Part shown: piece after piece, positions 56,698-64,000 of the stretch
Position numbering within the stretch: the stretch's first letter is position 1
How the letters are laid out: each line of letters starts with the position of its first letter
Assembly: GCA_951406725.2 (NCBI GenBank)
Contig: OX597814.1
Span: 132,184,001-132,248,000, forward strand
Direction: 5' to 3'
DNA length: 64,000 nucleotides
From: Octopus vulgaris
Lineage: Eukaryota
Position numbers and translations under genes: made by a program
Notes under the pieces: generated by a model
Seen by the model: the letters and a program-made list of their open reading frames with translations, nothing else
Told to the model about the DNA's origin: nothing
Databases searched by the model: none

Positions 56698-56982
56698 TTG
56701 TTTATTATTTATTTATGCACCCCTTTTCAAGCCTAGTCAGGCTCATAAGCCCGGTTTCCCGGTTTCTATGGCGTATGTATTCCCCCTAGCTGGACGGGAC
56801 GCCAGTCCATCGCAACGTTACTCAGGAAACAGGAAGGAAGAGTGAGAGAAAGTTGGGGCGAAAGAGTGGAGCTTTAGATGTTTTCACTCAATAAACACAC
56901 ACAACGCCCGGTCTGGGAATCGAAGCCGCGATCTTCCGACCGCGAGTTCGCTGCTCTAACCACTGGGCCATTGCGCCTCCAC
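56698..56982 (-). mobile_element. SINE (family B head, different tail) with 14-bp TSD
   Basis: TSD ATCAGTAAGTAATA at 56684-97 and 56983-96. Confidence 0.88.
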
Positions 56983-57959
56983 ATCAGTAAGTAATAGTGA
57001 AATGAAATTCGGACGCTATGTTACAGTAATACAAGGAAAATAAATATATCATATAGAAGAATAGCTTAAGGGAATGAGAAATGTTTTTGATAAGGAATAA
57101 CTGTAAGTTGTAGTACAAATGATGTGTGAATATCAGTGAGTAATTTTGAAATGAATTTATAAATGCTGAATGGTGTCAGTGTCTGTGCTGAAATTCCAAC
57201 GCTATATTACAGGAATGCAGGGCATGGCATTGTGTGGTTGTCTTTTTGTTAGTGTGTCGATGGTTTTCGTTTCACTGTGAATCTTTGTGTGTGTGTGTAT
57301 GGCTTCACTGTCAGATTGTCTCTGCATATGTGAAAGAAATTTGTACATTTATATCTGAACTGAGAAGTCAGAAAAATAGTTGTATCTGAAACATGAATGA
57401 ATATACATATGTGTGTGTGAGTGTGTGTGTGTTTGTGTATGTGTGTGTGTGTGTGCGTGTGTGTGCGCACGTGCATGTATATGTGCGTGTGCGTGTGTGT
57501 GTATGTGTATGTGTGTGTTCTTTTCGAGAAAAAGGGAGAGAGACAGACAGATAAAAGAATGGCGGCGCCAGAGTTCCGCTCCGCTAGTGAAAGTGGACAA
57601 GACACCCACTCTTATAATTTTCTTTTAACTTTTCTTTCTTTTCACCTTTTATTTGACCCAGTCAATAGATTGTGGCCATGCTGGGGCACCGCCTTGAAGA
57701 ATATTTAGTTGGATGTATTGACCCCATAATGTTTTTTTTTATTTATACTTGTGGCAGTCATTAGAGAGAGAGAGAGGGGAAGAGAGAGATTGTAATGTGT
57801 CGAGTCTGAAAATTTTGGCACTTTAGCTCTGGTTACACCATCCTCATCATTATCATTACCATAGTTAAAGTGTGAAAGTGGACAAAACATCCACGCTTAT
57901 AAATGAGATGGTGTCTCAATTATGTTTTGAAGGACAAACAGACAGAAACTTTTATATAT

Positions 57960-58185
57960 ATTCTTTTATTCTTTTATTTGTTTCAATCTTTTGACTGCGG
58001 CCATGCTGGAGGACCGCCTTTAGTCGAACAAATTGACCCCAGGATGTATTCTTTATAAGCCTAGTACTTATTCTGTCGGTCTATTTTGCCGATTCGCTGC
58101 TAAATTACGGAGACATAAAAACACCAGCATCGGTTGTCAATGACACACACACTCAGACAGACAGACACACACACTCAGACAGACA

Positions 58186-58227
<42 letters not shown>

Positions 58228-58370
58228 CGACAGGCTTCTTTCAGTTCCAGTCTACAAATCCAGTCACAAAGCTTTGGTCAACTCGAGGCTACAGTAGAAG
58301 ACACTTGCTCAATGTGCCACGCAGTGGGACCAAACTCAGAACGATGTGGTTGGTAAGCAAGCTACTTAGC
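57960..58370 (-). mobile_element. SINE family A
   Basis: Tail, internal (GACA)/(CA) repeat and head all present. Confidence 0.85.
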
Positions 58371-58734
58371 ACATTTAAGGTCGCTCCAGGGCGCTCCAGG
58401 TAACTTGTAACCTGATACGTCTTGTTGCATGATCGGGTCTTCGGCAACTAAACTGGCAACCCGATGAAACTTGCTTGACATTATTTGATGATGTAGAATA
58501 ATTTTTCTTTTCGAGTTTATGGTGTCCACGTTCAATGAGTGGGACTGGATCTGTGAAAATCTTTTCCCCACTATAAAAAATTATCATGCACAGGCAATGC
58601 TTGAAAAAAAAGTAAAACATATCAAAAACATGTTCGGTCGTAGCCTTCGCATGAGCAGGACTTTTGATCAGGTGATGACAATACTTGAACACGAGTTTGC
58701 AGTCATCATGTATGTATAATAAAAATAAATGCAA

Positions 58735-58955
58735 CATGGGCCCGGTTTCCCGGTTTCTCTGGCGTATTTATTCCCCAGCTGGACGGGACGCCAGTCCATC
58801 GCAGCGTTACTCATTTTTGCCAGCTGAGTCGATTGGAGCAACGTGAAATGAAGTGTTTTGCTCAAGAACACAACCCGTCGCCCGGTCCAGGAATCGAAAC
58901 CACAACCTTATAATCATGACGCTGACACTCTAACCACTAAGCCACGCGCCTCTAC
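58735..58955 (-). mobile_element. SINE with the same tail as 56698-56982 but a different head and body
   Basis: Shares CCCGGTTTCCCGGTTTCT..GCTGGACGGGACGCCAGTCCATCGCA; head GGCGCGTGGCTTAGTGGTTAGAG. Confidence 0.8.
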
Positions 58956-59159
58956 CATGTATTTATGTGTGTGTCTTTATTCAGTTTAATTTGAAGATTT
59001 CTTGCCAATAGAAACAGAACCGTTTCTAAACCCGGTCCCAAGGTTCCTGCACTGGAATTTCAACAACATGCATATAGTTGCACGTCTAACATGCTGATAT
59101 ACACTTAAATGATGAGCTTCTGAAAAGTTATATAGATATTTACAGTTCTAGTGATGAGG

Positions 59160-59420
59160 TGGATCTGTAGTCTTTGAATCAGCTTTCTCATTTCTGATTT
59201 TGAAAAACCTCATTTCTCAACACTGGTATTTAGGTAATGTGTTATATATTCCTGTGCCCCAATAACTAGAGGTATAAATCTGAACTTGTAATCTGGATAC
59301 AGTAGTTGTAGATTCCTCACTAGTTCAGTGCAGGATTTCCTTCTTCGTTGATCTTTCGTTCTGTTAATATTTGCCGGACAGCTGATTTCCACAACTACAC
59401 ACAGTTTCTCTTCTCTATCC
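59160..59420 (-). mobile_element. RLE-type LINE 3' fragment
   Basis: VVVEISCPA...LQLLYPDYKFRFIPLVIGA. Confidence 0.7.
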
Positions 59421-59494
59421 CCAAATTCTAAACACGACTCGGGGAATTATCATACGGCCTGAATTGTATATAAGATATTTATTTATAGATATTA

Positions 59495-59810
59495 CCTAAT
59501 ATAACTTACAAATATTCGGAAAAGTAGCCTTCCGGTTTTATGGTGTCAGTTATTGGAAAATCCCAACTACTTCTGAACTCAATGACAACTGTCAAGTATT
59601 GTTAGTGGGATAATGTAACCAGAGTATAATATCTATTTTTAGCGTAGGCTTTACCTGTTGGTCTACAAATTATGTGATGACGTCAATGACACAGTGTTTG
59701 TTGTTTGTACGTTTTTGTTTGCTGTTCACTCGCGAAGAATTTAGTTGAATATTTTTGATGATAATAACGGAAGCAAAATATACGTGGTATGTTGTCTTTT
59801 ATCTTTGAAC
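59495..59810. promoter_or_regulatory. Duplicated non-coding module, copy 2 (CRE palindrome + kB site)
   Basis: TGACGTCA at 59678-85; GGAAAATCCC at 59555-64 (reverse complement GGGATTTTCC fits GGGRNWYYCC). Confidence 0.5.
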
Positions 59811-60889
59811 TGAGTTAGTTATTGTTCTCTGGCGATTCCGGGGCTCCTGCATTTATGTTTTAGCCGAAAAAATCAACTCCAGTACTCATGTTTTTAAGAC
59901 TGTTGTTCATGTTAAATTTCTTCCACTCACTTCAAGTTCTTTACATTTTCACCATATTTTTTTTTAATATTGTTCAGATTCATGCTGATGATGAAAATCA
60001 CATTAATTTAATAATAAAACTGGCTGACCCAAGTGCTTTTCATTTGTGTATTAACAACATTTAAACTAAGATCAAACTCCACTCTGATATTATATGCAAT
60101 TTTTCTTTTGTAATCTTTCCAAATGATTAAATTGAAAAGTTTAAAACATAACAAAGTTGATGTCAACAATGTTGATGATAATGATACTACTGATCGGGTT
60201 CTGTCTCCAACGCCAACTATTTTAAAATTACTTTTAGCATGAAAATGAGAAAGTACATTTAATGTGGATTAATTCGTCTGTCTTTACGTTCTGAGTTCAA
60301 ATTCTCCCCACGTGGATTTTGTCTTTCAAAATAAAGGGCGATAAAATAAGTACCAGTTGAGCACTTGGATCAATTTACTTGACCATTCCCCTCCCACGAT
60401 ATTGTTGGTTTTGTGCCAAAATTTGAAGGCATTATTTATTATTATTATTTATAGTTAAATCCAATCATTTAACTCGAACGCGTTACGTGATATTCCTTGT
60501 CAAGTCATTACAATATATGTATATATCACCGAGTAATTTCTTTAACTAATATAGAAACAGAGAAAACAAGTATTGATCTAAATACGCTGTAGCACATTGC
60601 CTGCCAATTAGATATCATTAGTAACTGTTATATGTTAGTTTTATAATCGGAGGAATTTTTTTATCGCAAAGGTTGAAATATGTGTCTGAAAGATGATTTT
60701 TATACATTTCAATAAATTGCAAGTGTTTATACTGTTAAATTTTCATATACATACATACATACATACATACATACATACATACATACATACATACATACAT
60801 ACACACATACACACTCACACACACACACACACGCACACACACACGCACACACACACACACACATACACATATATATATATATATACAAA

Positions 60890-61127
60890 TATGTGTCAAT
60901 TATTCGGTAGCCATGATAAAACTCCGAGTTCCGGATGTCGGGCCGGAAACCCACGCCGCCATCTCTTCCGTTATCTGGCCATCAACCTCTCTTCTGCCCC
61001 GACATCCAAAACTCGGAGTTTTATCATGGCTACCGAATAATTGTCACATATTATATTTACAGATAAATTCCTCTATTTACATAATATCGAGGTCTCTTTC
61101 ATTCTTTTGTTGTCTTACCATTTCTAT

Positions 61128-61130
<3 letters not shown>
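60890..61130. mobile_element. TA-anchored hairpin element with decayed hammerhead (60915-60975, minus)
   Basis: ~55-bp inverted arms 60890-60943 / 60997-61051. Minus strand GAUAA-CGGAAGA-GAUG..CAUCC-GGAA-CUCGGAG-UU-UUAUC. Confidence 0.75.
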
Positions 61131-61167
<37 letters not shown>

Positions 61168-61193
61168 TACAAAATTTCTTGTATACAAAATTT

Positions 61194-61288
<95 letters not shown>

Positions 61289-61858
61289 ATATATATATCA
61301 GAAATTACAAAATGCATTACAACTCACAACGTGGGGATAATCGAAATTCCTATTTTCTCTTACTACTATATATGTATATATATATATTGACAATTCGAGG
61401 AAGTTTGATCAACATTAGAGATCATATAATCTAAAAGATTCCACTGGTTAATCCCGATCATGCAATGTGAAAGTCACTGTTACGTTAGGGATTATTGTAA
61501 TAATATATATTAACATTGAAAGAAAATGAAGAAAAAGTGGATGCATGAATAATTCATTTGTATATGAAAATGTTTAAAAAAATTTTTAAACACATAACAA
61601 TACAAATAAATTAATCATAAGTTGTAAAGCTCAAAAAATGTAAAAAAAAACCTACATATATGCTTCAGTACTATCACCTGGTTGAAAAGGAATTCTAAGT
61701 ATTTGGTTATCTATATGGGTCAGTACTTCTTCAGAGTTATTGTGAGCTTTAGGTTTACATTTTCCTTTGAAGGATGCATACAAAATACTAAGTTTAAGAA
61801 GTTAAATCCTATATATAGTAATCGTATCTAAGTGGTGAGCTACTGAAATTCGTGAATA

Positions 61859-62097
61859 CAGTAATCTCTCGACCATTGCGGGTGTTACGTTCCAAACGCC
61901 CCTACCCCTCCAGCGATAAGTGAAAATCCGCAAAGTAGAAACGTTACTGTACTGTATATTTTTAAAATTATTTTTATAATTCGTAAATGTTTATTTTATT
62001 ATAAAAACAACACCACAGAGTAATCGACGTAAGCTTAAATAATAAACCCCGATAGGTGAAACGCAATAGGTGGGCCGCGCTATGACTAGGTATTAGT
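61859..62097 (+). mobile_element. Tigger/pogo-like MITE relic
   Basis: TA|CAGTAATCTCTCGA...GCGGGTGTTACGTTCC start and repeated CGATA(A/G)GTGAA motifs. Confidence 0.55.
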
Positions 62098-62915
62098 ATA
62101 TGTCATATAGTACAAAATAAATAAAGTAAATACATAAATAAAAATAAAAATTAAAAGCAAAAAATAAGAAATAAAAATAAGTTGGTCATTCCCATGGTTC
62201 CGGGTTATTATTATTGTTGTTAAGATATTAATTTTATATATAATTTCTTGATAATTATTAGTTATGATATGTATATCTATTTATTTATTATGCTTCATTA
62301 TAATTTTTATAACGTGATTTAACGTATTACATATAATATAATTTGATAATTAGTTTTGTACGACAATACGTTATTAAATAATTAGGCGGTATATTTATTA
62401 CATAGTATTACATTTAAGTAAATTAGTTTTATATTAATTGATATTTTGGTTAACTATACTGTTACATTCTGAGTTCAAATTCCGCCGAGGTCGACTTTGC
62501 CTTTCATCCTTTCGGGGTCGATAAATTAAGTACCAGTTAAGCACTGGGGTCGATGTAATCGACTTAATCCGTTTGTCTGTCCTTGTTTGTCCTCTCTGTG
62601 TTTAGCCCCTTGTGGGTAGTAAGGAAATATATATTATTGAGTAAAATATTAAATCTATAGATACTATATATATATATTAATTATATAGTTAGTTTATCTA
62701 ATAGGTGTGTATATATTTGAATCACTTCCTATTTTTAATTCCAATATTTATAGCTTGTACTAACATTATGCATATTACTTAACATTAAGGTTTTAAATAT
62801 AAATTACTTAATGAGTATAATATTTTATTTAGATGTTTATTAAATACATAAATTAATCAATTAATAATTTTATTTAATGTATATAGTTTAAATTATAGTA
62901 TTTAGTTTTCACTAA

Positions 62916-62959
<44 letters not shown>

Positions 62960-64000
62960 CATTATTATTATTATTATTATTATTGTGAAAACCACATAAC
63001 AGACCAAGGGACACAACTGTTATATTTAGATGAAAAAGATCTTACGAAAATATAAATAGTTCGTACATGTCTGACTGGTGGGTTGACAAATTGTCCCGTT
63101 TGTTTACTTTGCAGTTAATGTGAGTCCTTTATTCTTCCCTTATTAATTGAGGTAAATAGTTTCTATTACTAGTTATATCTAATAAATTTATAACATATAT
63201 AGAGGTTTTTTACTTTTTAAATATTAACTTACGTTTGACATAATAACGGTAATATATACTATTATTGATAGGGGTAGATTTCACAATAAATTATTAATTC
63301 CCGTAAAATTTATATAGATAGGCGGTTTAATTTGACGAGGTTATAAAATAATCGATGAGGGTTTTTTATGTTTAGCACTTTCTATATACATATATCGCTA
63401 TTATACTTTTAGATGTTTAATTTTATCAAATTTTCATGAATTTTTAAAATTATATAATTAAAAAATTTTTTAAATCTTTTAAATTTTGTAAAAATATATT
63501 AGGAAGTTATATATATATATATTATTTTTTATTCTTATCTTTAACGAAGATATCTTAGAATTTGTATGATTTAGTTAGATCCATTTCTTTCCTCTCATCC
63601 CTTTCTTTCGAAAAACGTTAGCTCGAAACGCCAAAGACTTTTCCATTCTTCCCAAGCGTCAAAATGATAATACATTTGCTTCACCTGTCTTCGTCTTTTG
63701 CTTCCTATGAAATTGAACTACACACACGCGCACGCACGTGGGTGTAGCGAAATGATAGACAGAATTTAGGGAAATAACATTCCTTTATCTTAATATCAAT
63801 ATAAAAAATCTTCCAATTTTTCTTAGAAAATGAGATATAACTTAAATCCCTTTAGCTTGTGTGTGTGTGCGTGTGATTATCAATCCTGCATTGTCAATCA
63901 ATTGGTTCTCCAAAGTTAGATAAAAAACAGCATACGGGTATTTGAACATTATTTCTTTACGCTACCTAAGGAAATGCTACAAAAAAATAAATAAATAAAT

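Noticed and set aside
59985-60003. CTGATGATGAAAATCA
   Set aside because: No properly placed GAAA/NUH after stem II.
62100-63560. Possible mitochondrial insertion in very AT-rich DNA
   Set aside because: No recognisable mitochondrial gene, rRNA or tRNA motif.

Overview
Eukaryotic, AT-rich, microsatellite-dense DNA. The SINE repertoire, the (TA)/(AAT)/(CA) arrays and a mollusc-type IL-17 gene suggest an octopus or other coleoid cephalopod (inference). The only convincing host gene is an interleukin-17 family gene (main exon 24289-24777; probable short first exon 16402/16420-16431). A decayed IL-17 paralog lies at ~37945-38290. The rest is mostly mobile-element debris: R4/Dong-type RLE LINEs nested in (AAT)n, CR1/L2-type, RTE-type and L1/Tx1-type LINE pieces, at least five Penelope-like element (PLE) relics, a near-complete Tc1 transposon, mariner relics, Helitron ends, MITEs and several tRNA-derived SINE families. 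The strongest signal absent from the ORF track is a dense, sequence-diverse set of type I hammerhead ribozyme (HHR) motifs. Six have a complete catalytic core and about six more are decayed; they are carried by PLE-derived or retrozyme-like elements. Two lie in sense orientation inside the inferred IL-17 intron and share the same palindromic stem III. All folding and alignment was done by eye, and repeat boundaries are approximate.
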